Below are positions 25,222 through 38,600 of a stretch of 64,000 bases of DNA, one piece after another. The position numbers and the translations under genes were made by a program. How positions within the stretch are numbered: position 1 is the first letter of the stretch; every line of letters begins with the position of its first letter. Source of the DNA: Gonapodya sp. JEL0774 (lineage: Eukaryota); NCBI GenBank assembly GCA_027604505.1, contig JADIIX010000028.1, positions 124,001 through 188,000 on the forward strand, in the 5' to 3' direction. The notes below the pieces were generated by a model. It worked only from the letters and a program-made list of their open reading frames with translations, made no database searches and was not told the DNA's origin.

Positions 25222-27401
25222 CTACTCCACCACGTCCACCCCACCCGCCACCACCCCCTTCACCCCATCCATCCCCTGCACATCCTTCAGCACTCCCGCC
25301 GCCCTCAACCCCTCCACGGCCGCTTTGACCACCTTCTCACTCACCACCTCACACCTCTTCTCGTACCTCACCTGCCCAAACCATGTCTTCAAGTCCCCCG
25401 CGTCGTGGTACCTAGGGTGCACGCCTCGTACCACGGTGACCGCGTCGTCGACGTGCATGGAGGTGAACTGGGTGACCAGGTCGGTGACGAGGGCGAGGAG
25501 AGACGAGACGTGGGACGGGCCGAGACGGGTCAAGGAGGGAAGGGTGGAGGCGATGGCGAAGGCGGGCCAGGGGGTCGGGCGGGTTGAGAGGTGACGGAGG
25601 AGAAGTTGGTCGTACCAGGGCTGGGTGGGGGCAAGGGATCGGTATTTGGTCGGATGGAAGGCGGAGCAGGTACCGTGAGAGGCGATACAGTCGTGCGCAA
25701 TGTGCAAGTCCCACCAAAATAACTTGAATTGTCCATTTTGTCCTGCAGCACTCAAACAACGCTTGTTTGACAGTGGGCACCGAACGGTACAATGCCAGAT
25801 ACACCTCCCACCTCCATTCGTCGTGCAAAGAGCTCCTGTGCGTCTACCTCCGAGGTCATATTGGTCCCAATTCGTGAACACAGTTCCTATTCCATGCCCG
25901 CTGACGGGCATCCGATAGGTCATGGTGACACCGCACAAGATCAGGTCTGACCCCCTTTGCTATCGCGAACACTCGGACCCCGGTTGAGCCCGTCATACGC
26001 ATCGCAGGAATGGACGTGAATCGGGCAATTGCTCCATCACGTGCTCGACTGAACGCCTCCGACTGAAGTCCCAGTCCGACAGGCCCAGCCCACTCCAAGA
26101 AGTCTCTGCCGCCATGTCTCTCCGCTGTCAGATCAACTCTATGAGGAGCAACACAGGCCACCTGGCCAACCCCTCCTCCACGTGTGAAGGTTCGCCTGCA
26201 AATCGCCTCGCCCGTCGATCTGTGACAATTACGCGCTCCGGCGGAAATCTTTAGACACAAACATCTCCCAGTCCCCACTCGGACAGACGAGTTACAAAGA
26301 ATATGGATTGCAGCGCAACACACTGTTGAAACACATTTTTTCGGCGGGACATAGTACGCCTGAGCTTTCCTGCGTGCCCATCAGCGCCTCTCCCCCTGAC
26401 GTCCTGGCCTCGAAACTACGACAAGCCAACCCACCGAGCGATACATGATCGGGGGTTGGCTATGCCGCCATCACGTGGCTCACCTTGGACGTGAAATACT
26501 CCCACATGAAGAATTGTGCCTTTTCCTCTCTGACGGCCTTCATCATACCCTCACCGGTTCCGCAGACGACGTACTCAAAGGGTTGGAAAGGTACACCTTC
26601 TCGCTCGGCTGTCCGTCGTAGTTCATCCTCGAATACTGCTGCCATGACGTGTGAGCCCGAACCGTATCGGGAGATGGCGCATGTGGTCCCTTGGAGGTCG
26701 CGTTGAGTTTGGAAGGTGGAGTCGGGGTGGACGGAGATGGCCCAGTTCAGGGGGGAAGAGACGTAGGAGCCGATGAGGCGGATGGAGGGGTGAGCGGACG
26801 ATTCGATGCCTTGGCGGGGATGGTGTGGAAGGAAGAATCGAATATGAAATGCAATGTGAGGTAACCTCCGCAGTTGAAGGCGGTGGCCGCGAAGCGAGAG
26901 CATCACATACCAGCTATTGCGGATTCGGTGAGAGGGAAAGCGATATCGAGGGATCCTGATGATAGACCCGAAAGCATCTGGGGACGGGCAGGTGCAAACG
27001 TCAGTGGATCGAAATACTCACGGCCAGAGAGAGCCCAAGCCAATGAACAATCAAACGAGGAGACGGGGCGGGATTGCAAACAAGATGCTGTCCAAAACTC
27101 AAGTCCTCGCGCGAAAGCGGAGTCCGTGCTTGTTTCGGGTATCGCGTCTCCGTGACAGCTCTGTTCTTCCGAGATTCCAAACAGAATCCCAACCCCAAGT
27201 AACCTGCAAACTCACCTCGGCGGTACCCCCGTGGCACTGCTTCCATTCGACCTCAAATCCCGCGGCAAGGAATCGTCCATCGCGTACCGCAGCTTCGAGC
27301 GGCACCATGAAGTGTTCGGGAACTCCTCCCATCCGCACCACGACTGGGGGCGAAGAAACCTCTGCCGGTGTTGGCGTCGGAGTTGCTGCTGTAGGTGACA
27401 T
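25222..27401 (-). CDS. Type-2 periplasmic-binding-fold protein (SsuA/THI5-like, Candida Ca3427-like)
   Basis: VRMGGVPEHF, GGTAE|MLSGL..GSLDIAFPLTE, GSYVSSPLNWAIS, ISRYGSGSHVMA and FMWEYFTSK|PWYD...TPWPAF. It contains an 863-bp intron at 25621-26483. Confidence 0.85.
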
Positions 27402-29616
27402 GTTCAGTGCTGTCGCTGATCGTGAAATGTTCAACGGCGGAAGAAGGAAAGTGCTTGATGGGGCGACGTGTTCTACCTGCTGAGTCAACCTAATGGTGTG
27501 ATAAAGGAACCCGGAACCCGAAACTCGAAACAATTTAATTGTTGCACGTTTTCAATTGAATTCATTTTGCTGTCGATGTCGATGGATTTCATTCCGAATG
27601 TGGTGAGCTGCGTGACAAAGTACGCGAACATCCGAATCAAACATTAGTCTGAATGCTGCCGGCGCGGGTGAATTGAGTAGCATCCTGGTGTATGACTTTT
27701 TTGTCAGATCGTGCTAGTACGTCCGTGGTGATTCGCAAACATTTTTTGCTGCCAGGCCATGCCAGCTGATCAAAATTCAAAACTGTTTTCGCTGCAAAAG
27801 TGGAATGGGAGAGCTTTTGCCCTGATTTTGACTCCCTACAGCGTTCCGGCAGCCAGGACAGAGCAGTGGGTGGGAGGACGCATCACACGGGCCCAACTAG
27901 TGTGCAGGGTCAGTTAATGGAGGTGGGGCAGACAAGGTGAATAAGAGCCAGACGGCGGCGGTGGACGTGAACTGAAACTAGCGAGGTATCAGGTCGCGGG
28001 TGTATTGTACTGGATATGGGCCTTACGTATGTATGCATATGGTGGACGTGGACGTGAGTAAATGGGACTTGGACAAGGACCGGGACTGTAGCGAAACACT
28101 GAAGCGGCAGTTGGACTTTCATGGTCATGACTCTGAATAGGTAAATTCGCATGTCCTCAGTCCTCTCCGGTTCATCACCTGATACTGGTCGCCGTGATAC
28201 AGGGTGTCAAACAGCCTGTAAGCACGTTCAATACAGAAATACACACTCCGTGAATCAACTGTTCCACGGGTATCTACAGCGAGCGGGGCGGTGCACTGGA
28301 GTGGGCCATTGAATCGGGGGGAACACACACAGTGGGGCGAAGTCAACGCAAGTATCGTCGGATCCGTCTCAAGTGCGGTACGTCTCTATTTGCGACTCCT
28401 AACTCGCCATGCCAGGTACATGAGGGCGCTTTGACATTTCTCGTCCATGGGGTCTGTGTGTTCAACACTGCCACTGTTCCTTCCACGACAAGGTCAACCG
28501 CCGACTGGATCACCGTCCTCCTCTTTGTTTGCTAACACCAACCACCTCAGTAAAGTCCATTTTCATATCTGCGCGCTGCTTTGCGAGTGTCTCGTTCTTC
28601 ACGGACCCATCTCGCAGTCCCGCGATATCACAATCCCAGCTCCACAATCCAATCTACCAACCTCACACCCGCCAAACCGTCAAACCACGCCCCGAATCTT
28701 CACAGCGCAAACAGATCGCCGTACTCTCTGAAGACGTATACGGCCGCGACAAAAGTGCCTACGTGGAGAGCCATTTTGAGGTTTCCGGGATGTACGATTT
28801 CAGCCCAGAGAATGTCTGAGACGGAGGGAGGTTTCGGGGGAGAAGAGGGGCCGAGACCACGGCGCATGGAGGGGTTCATCGGGGTAGAGAAGGGGAGGAG
28901 TCAAAGGGGGCAGAGAAGGTTGGGAAAAGAGTGGGTCCAAGACGGAGAAGTGGAACCCACGTTGGGCTTTGGTCGCAGATGCACCATGCACACGGTTATT
29001 GAAACCCGAATCTCCAAATTGCAGTGAGATGCTCTGCAATGAGGGAAACGTACCGGAAGTGGCATGGGAAAGACTGAGTGTATATGTCGTGCAAGCATGC
29101 CGTGTGGTTTCGGGAATATGGATGCTAACGCCAAATCCAAAAGCAACACAGGGTAGATCACCAAAAAAATGCTGAAGGGTTTATCGCCTACAAGGGATAA
29201 GTTTTTATGTCATAGTGCTATGTCGGGCATCGCAGTGTGTGCGTTGGAAAATTAGGCCCCGGCACGCAATGAATGTCATCGTCCACTTTGAACACACCAA
29301 ATTCCACATGATCATCAACCACCACCTCAACTAACTCACGCTCCTCGAGATCGTTGTTCTCAGTGTACGCTCCCTTCAGCACTTCCAATCTGACTCGGTT
29401 CCCAACCGCAAGCAAATCGCCGCTGTTCTCGCGTGTGTCTTGAAAACTGAGCTCATAGAAATGTGCTGGAAGATCGACGAGTACATCAGGCGGTTTCCCA
29501 ACTGGGAACCGTGGGAATTGCTGACTTCCTATTATGTGTACCGAGTGTGCTTCGTCTATCCTAGAATCGATCCCAGGGAATTGCACCCGAATATAAAACC
29601 AAAAGCGAGAAGAAAA

Positions 29617-32210
29617 TGACCGTCACGTCAGCACCAACCGGTTCTGTTCCTGGTAAGTACGTTTGACATCACTTTGAATTCACATGCACCGGGAACTGAT
29701 CAGACCACAACGCGAACCGAACAAAGGAGACCCAGCCTGCGTGATTGTGCCAGGTCCGCATGCACACCATGCGACCCCGAAAACAAAGATGTGTCCGTCA
29801 CTCCATCGGACAGTGACAGAACGCTGACGTCGACGCCCACCAGCGGTAACACGCATGTCAACCACAGTAGTAGCTCAAATACACGCGAGGGGACCGAATT
29901 GAGAACAGATCTCGGCCAGCAACTCCAGGAGTTCCGTCACAGCATAAAAGGCTCGATCAAGGCGCTCGAGTTGGAGTTGCTAGAGGAACGGGTTCGCTCG
30001 AAAGAAGTGGTGGAGGATCTTGCACACCAGATAAAAGAGCTTCGGGGTGAGATCCAGATACTGCAAATCGGAAGGAACGCCGGCGATGCCAAAATACAAT
30101 AGTTGCACTCCGAGATGCAGAGGTTGTGCCAACAGCTTGTGGGGATTAAAGTTCATTGTGATCGTGAGATCGGATCAAGTTCAAGCTCATACCCATCGCC
30201 TCAGCAGCCTTTAACCTCCGCTCAAGTCCGAAACACCCATGACTCTATGCAAGCTTCTACTATAGGCAATGTTCTTCCGTTTTTTGTTGTGAGACTCTGC
30301 ACTGTAGATCTCCAACCAGACGTCGATCCACTAGCCAACACAACTAGAACGGAACACCCAGTGAAGGTATTGCTGGGTGGATCTGCAACAGACCAGGTCT
30401 CGGACGCTCCAAAGAGACAGGAGAGACAAGTTGACGGGTCATCGAAGGACGGCGACACGGACGAAATCACGGAAATACAACCACGCAAAGATCCGACACA
30501 GGCGGACAGTGTAGAAGTTCCAATCCTTATCGGCAGTGGGCAGGAGGGAACTCATTTCGAGGAAGAGTTCAGCGTCGCTCTGAAGGATCTCCATCGTGCG
30601 ACGGAGTCGATCAATGTGCTTCAGTCTAGTGTATTAAGGAATACCCCAGAGATCCGTGCTAGTTCGAAGCAGGCCACAAAAAGTTCGAGCAAGAGTTTCG
30701 AGTCCGACGTGCGGAACATTCGAGAGGAACTGATTAGTTCTGAACAAGAGGTGACTGGCTCAATCAAGAAATTCAAGTTTGAATGGCGAGACAATCGAGA
30801 GGAAGTTGTTCGCCTGAAACGGGAGACAGCAGACTCGATCAAGATCGTTGAATCTGCACTAGAAATTGGTCAAGAGGAGTTTGTTCGTTCAAACCAGGTG
30901 ACGGTAGACTCAATCAAGACGCTTGAGTCTGTCTTGAAGAACATTGTGGTAGAACTTGCCGGTTCAAAACAGGTGGTGGAGGAGCACACACGGCAGACGG
31001 AAGAAAGCGTGAACGAGATCAGGAAGCTTCGATCGCTCGTAGATTCCAATCAGATCCACACACTCCCACAGAACTCGCAGATTCAGATCATGCACCGTAA
31101 GTTTGAAAGAATCAAAGCACCTGCGCGTGGATACGCGTAGAGTCCAATGAACGCGCCATCATCCCTGACTATATGGTATATCATAGCCTGGATGTTTGAC
31201 ATCGGACCTGCTAGCAGTGTGGTCTCAAACGACTCGAACAGCCAGGAGAAGCCCGAGGAAGGAATCAAGGCTACAGAGCTACGCAAGGATCCGACTCACA
31301 TGGTCGGTGAAGAAGCTTTCATTCTTGGTGAGCAGGTAGCAATCTTGAGAGACATTTTGGCGTCACTTAACAGAATTGCTTTTCATCATGCGACAGCCTC
31401 CACCAAGCGCTCGAGTCTGCATAGCACAACATCCAGGAGGAGCTCCTGCGCTCGAACCATGTGACGACAGGCTCCTTCGAGATACTCAGATCTGAACTGC
31501 GGAATGATCGAGAGGAGCATGCTTGTTCAAAACCAGAGACGAACGACTCAATCAAGACGCTCGAGTGTGAGCTGCAGCGGGGCAATCAAGAAGATCGCGA
31601 TCGTTTGCAAAAGGTGACGGACGATATCAAGAAGCTCGAGTGCGCAATGCGGAGCAACCAGTTTCTATAAGGTTTTCACTCGAATGGTGTGATGAAGGAG
31701 CAAGCCCGGCAGATAAAGGAGGCTCAAGACTAGATCAAGAATGTGCGATCGCTCGTGGAATCGATTGACTCGCAAATGAGGTCCAATCAGGAGAAGTTAG
31801 TACGTCCGACGGCAGACTTGATCAAGAAGACTGAGACAGACATGCGGAACACTCAGGAAGAACTCGCTCGTTGGCAAAAGGTGGTGGAGAACCAAGCCCG
31901 TCAAATACAAGGGTGTGAGGGCGAGATCAGGAAGCTCCGGGCGCTCGTGGATTCCAATGAGAGGCAGACACGTTCCCAGCACTCGGAGATCCAGAGTGTG
32001 CTCCTGAAACTTGACGATATGGAAGAGCGTGCTTGTCTACGAGCGTGGATCAATCCGCACGCTTCCGTATCATTCCAGAAACTCACATGCATTTTTGATG
32101 GGTCTGAGGTGAGTGCACGGCAGCGCACTTCCGCGGAGATGCATTGGTTGCGTGTTCAATGCCAATTCGTGAATTCAACAACCAGCCACGTACGCGGACG
32201 TGATAAGTAA
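29617..32210 (+). pseudogene. Coiled-coil repeat gene with three internal modules and in-frame stops
   Basis: ATG 29617 is followed by a GTAAGT donor. Heptad units DSIKxLESxL...EE recur. In-frame stops occur at 30100-30102 (KIQ*LHSE), 31668-31670 and ~31731. Confidence 0.55.
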
Positions 32211-33003
32211 TCGAAGAGTCGCGTTAGATTCCGGCCAGAAAGGATCGATGGGTCAAAGTACATTCGGAAAGCAGTCTCGACAAGCGCCACTGCGTGTGAT
32301 GGTCGTCGAGATACCAGTCCTTGTTGTCGAAGGTGAGCGCAGAGTGGCATATGTTCATGTAAGGGAATCATGTTATTCTTCCTCTTGAAGACCCTCATAT
32401 CCTACGGCCTTTGTCTTCCACAGTCAATGCCGCAGGAGATCCGGCAGTGTACGAACTCGCATTCACGAACAAACAACTCCAGAGGGCCTCCAATTCTTCA
32501 GACGATCTCTGCAAGACAAATAAAGACTCGGTAGATGAGATATACAAGTGGGCGGCCGCAGTACTTCAGTACTCAGGCAAAGTGTGAGGTTTGTCTCTGC
32601 ATGCCCAAATGGGCCGGCGAGAAGATACAGCACGACGAGAAAACCCGGTCCACAACGGATCACAAACTTAGTTTTTTTTTCTCATCGTGGTCACCAACAG
32701 TGAATACATTCCTTTCCGAATTCGACGGTTTCTACTCCCATTCGCTTCTGCAGAGGCTGATCGAGGGTGACGGGCATCAATCGATGGGTCGGGACACAGC
32801 AAATTGTCCCTCGCATTCTGTGCATTCTGATCGCGTGCCGGGTATGCGTGAACGAGTTGTGGTGCAGTTCGAAATGAGAAGATTGCGCAACCCACTCCAC
32901 ACAAAACAACATCAGCTCCGACAATCCACTCAGACGCATCACCGCGACTCAGCTCCGCTTCCCGGACATCGCATCGCTCGCTTTCCACCGCCAAATCTAG
33001 AAA

Positions 33004-35188
33004 ATGGCGTCGTATTTCGGTGATTGTCGTGAGCTGGTGGACGGGGGGAGCGGGGTTTCGGTTAGAGCCATGTGCGACCACCGTTACGTTCCCGTGCTCC
33101 GATCGTCCACTCTGGCCAGCTGATGCGCATATGATGATTCACACTGCGCCTGTACCCGCACTCCGCCCTCCCCAGACGACCTGAACCTCCCCGACCCATC
33201 TCGCACCCTCACATCGCCCTCCTCATCCACGTCGACGAACCCCACCTCCACCGACTCCACCAACCCTCAACAAAACCGCCATCGAGTTGCCCCCCAAGTA
33301 CAGCATCAGCAACGGAACTGGGCGAATGGCGTCAACGACTTCATGAGCCCCACCGACGTGGGGACGCAGAGCGATCAGGACGGGGACAGGGCAGAGCGGG
33401 TAGCGTGGCTGGCGAAGTGAGTGCGATAGGGGTTTGGTGGGTTGGGGTTGGGGTTGGGGTAGGGGGGTTCGTGGACTCGGTTTTGCGGGATGCTGTAGGA
33501 GATGGTGGCTCGGTTCGAGTCGGCGACCTTGCAATTGGGGTATCTTTAAGTACCAGGACAGCCCGAGCTCCTCCCCGCCCATCCCATTCCGCCCGATCCA
33601 CTCACCGTCCCTTCCCCCTCCCCCCTTCCCCCCCATCTCCCCACCCCAAGCCACTTCCACCTCCTCCACGACCGCCTCGACGCCACCGGCGCCTCGCTCG
33701 ACCGGTCCAACAACATTCTACAACAGTTGCTCCAGCAGTTGTTCGAGGAGGGGGGTGGGGGGTGAGTAAGGGGGTTCACGGGGGCTTGCAAGGGAGGAGA
33801 GACGGGATACGCGGGATGATGAGCCATGTCAACGGTCGGTGGAGGAAGCCGTCTGGACGTCGCCCCGAGGCCAGACTCCCCCGCGCGGGTCGTGCGTGAA
33901 CATCGTGTCCATGGACGTCCTGAGGCCGACCGCTTCCTTCCCTCCTCCCCCACATTCACCCGCCACCCCCCAAAAGCCCCCGCGGCACGCCCCCCGCATC
34001 CCGCGCCTTCATCGCCGGCCTTCCCACCGTGGACATCACCGCGGGGCATAAAGGTGAGCCTGTGGGTGTGGGTGTGCGGTGGGAGATGGGGTGTGAGATG
34101 GGGAAGCCGGGTGACGGTTCAGGGCTTTTCGTGTCGGGAGGGGTGGCTGACATCGAAAACAGGAGTNNNNNNNNNNGGTCGCCGTGTCTGAGGGGGTGGT
34201 GGTGGGGGTGGGGGGGGGGGGGGGGTTCTTCGAGTGACGCAAGGTCACAGTTTGCCAACAGTATCCGAAGGACGTACCGGGCCGGATTGGATTCCTCACC
34301 TGTACTCACCGAACCCCCAAAACCCCACACACTTCCCACACCCCCCTCGATCCACCAGACCTGGCCTGCCCCATCTGCGTGGAAGATTTCAAACCCGACT
34401 CGGTCGCGAAGGAGTTGCCGTGTAAACACTTGTTTCACGCGGGGTGGTGGGTAGTTGTTTGGGGGGTGGGGGAGAGATGGGAGAGGGGGAAGTGGGGGCG
34501 TAGTGGGCAGGGGGCACAAGAGCGGGTTTCCTTTGTTTGCTTTGTTTGTTTTGGTGGGAGGAGAGTCGAGTATTGGGCGTGCGTGCGAGCGGGTTGTTTT
34601 GAATTAACCCCGGTTCGCATCGTACTTACTAATCGGTACCACCCCCCACCCCCACCAAACGGTACGCGGTGTGTACGGTCGTGTCGTGTAGCGTGTTTCC
34701 GTGGCTGGAACTGCATAATACGTGGTGGGTTTGGTGGTGTTTGTTTGTTTGGGGAGGCGGTTTGTGGTGGACTGGGTGACACTTGACACTGACGTGGGCC
34801 ACTCACACACCCATGGCTACTTGACATGCGCACGACACTCACTTGAACACGCACGTGGGCGCGTGACACGTGACACGTGACCTTTGCTCTCACGTCGTAC
34901 TCGGACCGTGACCTACCCCGTCCACTCGGCGGCCGGGACACCATCACCAACTACCAACTGCAACTCGAACGCACCCGGTCGCACCACCTAACTACATGGA
35001 CCCACGCACTGCACTGACGCACCACGTGACCTGTGACCAGCCCTGTGTGCCGGCGAGAGTACCCTACGGACGACTTGGAGTACGAGGAAAGGAAGAGGGC
35101 AGGGGCCGGGGCCGGGAGTGGAGGGGGCAGGCAGGTGGTTGTGGCGGAGGAGGAGGAGGAGGCGGATGAGGATTGGATGTATGGGTGA
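33004..35188 (+). CDS. RING-H2 E3 ubiquitin ligase, RNF181-like
   Basis: Spliced sequence MASYF|DDLNLPD...PPASRAFIAGLPTV...CPICVEDF...ELPCKHLFHAGC|VFPWLELHNTC|PVCRREYPTDDLEYEE...WMYG*. The MASYFD start and PTDD..YE / MY end match RNF181. Confidence 0.85.
34167..34176. other. Assembly gap (10 N) inside an intron
   Basis: Run of N. Confidence 1.
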
Positions 35189-35686
35189 GGGTGGGGGGTG
35201 GATAAGACAGGGAAGATTAGAATGGATTACAGTAAATAAATAATCAATTGAACTGGGGGCGGAGAAAGCAAAAGAGGCAGGAACCAAGTGAAGATGGGAT
35301 TTGAGAGTTTGGAGATTGCTTTGGTCCGACTGCAGGTCCCACCTCTCAGTCATACAAGGGAAATCGGGCCATTGCAAGCGACCCAGCCACCGGAAGCGAG
35401 CGAGAGGGCAGCAGGCAACGCAGATTTGACGGATTGAGGGATCGGTGGGTTGAAAAGGGGGCGATGTGTGGTCGGGTTTGGGGGAATCGGGGGTGAGAGA
35501 GTGGATAGGAAGGGAGTGGCAGAGGGAGGGGGAGTTGAGGAGTGGAGGACTTGAAGGTGGGCAAGAAACAAAGATAAGCAAGACTGACACGAGATTTGTG
35601 AGTTTGTAGGAATTGATTCGGGCCAGACGACGAGCAGGAGCGGATCAAAGTGGGAGAGTGGGAGTCGGGCCAGGTGGACCGTGCAC

Positions 35687-38600
35687 ATGGATACCAGGAC
35701 TCGGATTGAAGGGAGGAGGAGGAGGAGGGAGGACTCGAGCAGGGAGGCAGCAGGAGGGAGAAAGGGGACACAGGTGCGTGTGGCGCAGGGGGGAGGGGTT
35801 GTGGGGGTGTGGGGCAGGGGGGAGAGTGACGCACTCCACACACTCCAAACACAGCCTGGACCGTGCACACGCTCCTTCCCCAACCCTCCCTCCAAACTCA
35901 TCCTCACTCCAAACCCCACTCCCACTCGTCGCACCCCATTCCCATCCCCATCCCCATCCCCATCCTCGCCTCTACTCCCTCTACTACCCCCACTCCCTCC
36001 TCCTCTCTCCTCCCCACCACCACCTCCACCCATCCACAACCACAACCACTCCACCCTCCACCTTCTCCCAATCGACAACAACGAGAACCTGCCTCCCTCT
36101 CAATTCCCTCCTCCTCTCTACAAAGTCACGTCCCATCGGGTGCTTCACGTCGTCCACCGAGGACTCCACCGGATCCAGGGCCTGGACAGGCGCATCCTCG
36201 GTGCGCTGGCACAGGAACCGAGCCGGAAGATACCCAGTGTGCACGCGGTGAAGGTACTGCACGGGACACACAAGAAGGGCAACGGACCGTCACCGTCACC
36301 GACAAGAACACCAACACCGACATCGCACCACCACCCACCCGTGCGCCTACCCGTGCGCTCACCCGTGCACCCACAACCACGATGCACCCCGCTCGGCCCA
36401 TCTCACCTACCTCACTCCACCACCACCTCCACCACCTCCGCGATCCTCCCACGCTCCACCACCTCCACCATCCCTGCTCCTCCCCGGCCCCCGACTTCTC
36501 TCGCCCGCCAAGCCACCAATTCCACCTCCACCTCCGGCTCAGGTTCGGGCCGCGGATCTGCCTACGGGTTCCGTCAGCGCAAGGAGAGCGGCGGGTCTGC
36601 TGCCGGTGCCGGTGCCGGTGCCGGTGCGGGAGGCAACCAGGACGGGGACGGACGGGGTGGTGGGGGGGCGGGCGCGGGTGGGGGTGGAAGCGGCAACGGG
36701 AACGGGAACGGAAACGGTCGTGGCGGAGGAGACAGAGACCGAGACCGAGACGACGACCACGACCGGGAACAACAAGACGAAAAGGCCGATGATGGGAACG
36801 ATAGCAACACCGAGGACGACGACGACGACGACGCCGACGACAAAGACGACAAAGCCGACAAAGACGACAAAGACGACAACAAAGCCGAAGCGAAGGAGGA
36901 GGGCCACAGCCACAAACGCGACGACGGGAGCGACCCCGACCCCGACCACCAGCACAACCAAGACTCCATGATGGACCCCAGACTCGTCGTCACGCCCGAC
37001 CCGCAGTTTGGCTCCGCATCAGGTCCAGGTCCGGGTCCAGCGTCTGACACCGCGCACCCGCACCTCACCCACACCTCGCTCGCTACGTTGTTCCGACCAC
37101 GGGCCAGGCGGCATGGGGATGCGATCGGGGAGCAAGCTGGTGCGGGGGGTGCCGGGGGTGCCGGGGCTGCGCGCACGACAGGCACTGCCACGGCCACGGC
37201 CACCGACACCGCAACAACACCCACACCCACACCGCCGGCCACGGTTGTACACACCACGGCCACGGCACCCCCCACCACACCCGTGCCCGCCGCCGCACAC
37301 CACCCACCACCCTACACCGACCCGCCACCTTCGCCCGACTCGCCTCCCTTACCCTTACCCACCGCCACCGCCACAGCCCCCGGCTCAACCGCCCCCCGCC
37401 ACCGCCGCAGCGCACCCTCGCTCACAGGCAACTCGATGCCCCTGGCCCCGCTCTCCACGTCCTACACGAACGCGAACCCGCAGAACTACGAGCTCAGGAA
37501 CAGGAGCAGGTCGGATGGACGGGTGGTGGTGCCGGTGTTGAGGGGGTTGACTCCCGTGGCCGTGGCCGTCGGGGTGGGAGTGGCGGGCACGGGGGTCGGG
37601 GTGGGAATCGGGCACAGGGCGGCGACGGCGGGGACGGGGGGGGCGAGGGGGTTGGCGGGGAATGGCCAAAGGGCGGCTACGGCGGGGGCCGGTGCGGGTG
37701 GTGGGAGGGACAGGCACTCCGTGCCCGTGCCCGTGGCGAGACAGGGCAGTATGACCCGGATCCCCCCCGTGACCCAGGTCGTGTCGCCCACGCGGCCGGC
37801 GGCGAGTGTGGCGGCGGCGTTGCGGAGGACGCCAAGACGGAGCACCGGGAACGGAGAAAACGCCGCCGGTGCCGGTGCCACCGCAACGTCCGCGTCCACG
37901 TCCCTCCTGTCCCCGCAACGCACCGTGTACGTCCCTTACGTCAAGGGTCTCCGCACCGCCGGGCCGGACGAACACCCGTCGGCCAACGCGCTGTTCTCGC
38001 CGCAGGGGGCGGCGCCATACGTGGTGCCTATATTGGTGCGTGGTAGTGGGAAGGGGGGGGAGAAAGGCGCCAGTAGGAGTGGGAGGGGGAGGGGGAGGGG
38101 GACAGGGACGGGCACGGGCACGGGCACGGGGAGGAAGGCGGCCAGGAATTTGAGGCTGGAGATGGATGTGGTGGGCGGCAAGGGAAAGGGCGGGCAGCAG
38201 GGGGAGGAACAGGATGGGTCCGAAAAGCCAGCGGCGGGGAACGGGACCAGGTTGTTGCGAAGTTTGGGAGGTTTGGCAGGACTTGCCGGTGCGAGGGGGG
38301 GCTCGAGGTCCACCACGGGTGGAGGCGGTGGAGGTGGAGGGTCGCTGTTTGATCGGGTGGCGAGGTTCTTCTCGACGGGGAGGGCGGGGGCCGGGGTGGA
38401 GGTAGAGGGGATGATCGACGCCGGGAAAGTGGAAGGAGAGCTTGGGGATGTGCGGGGCGGGATTGGGAACGGCAAGGTTGTCGCCGGTGTCGGTGTCGGT
38501 GGTGGTGCCGGTGTGGTGCAGGATCAGGCCGGACCCACCGACTCGGCGGCGGCGGCGGCCCACCACGACGGCCACGACGATCACGACAACTTCACCCGGG

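Noticed and set aside
25900..26000. TPP riboswitch in the intron of the THI5-like-fold gene (ACCTGATC on the minus strand)
   Set aside because: The upstream CTGAGA and downstream TAAT..AGCG elements of the aptamer are missing, and the protein is Ca3427-like rather than true NMT1/THI5.
36539..38584. Long antisense ORFs overlapping the low-complexity gene
   Set aside because: These are expected shadow ORFs in very GC-rich repetitive coding sequence.
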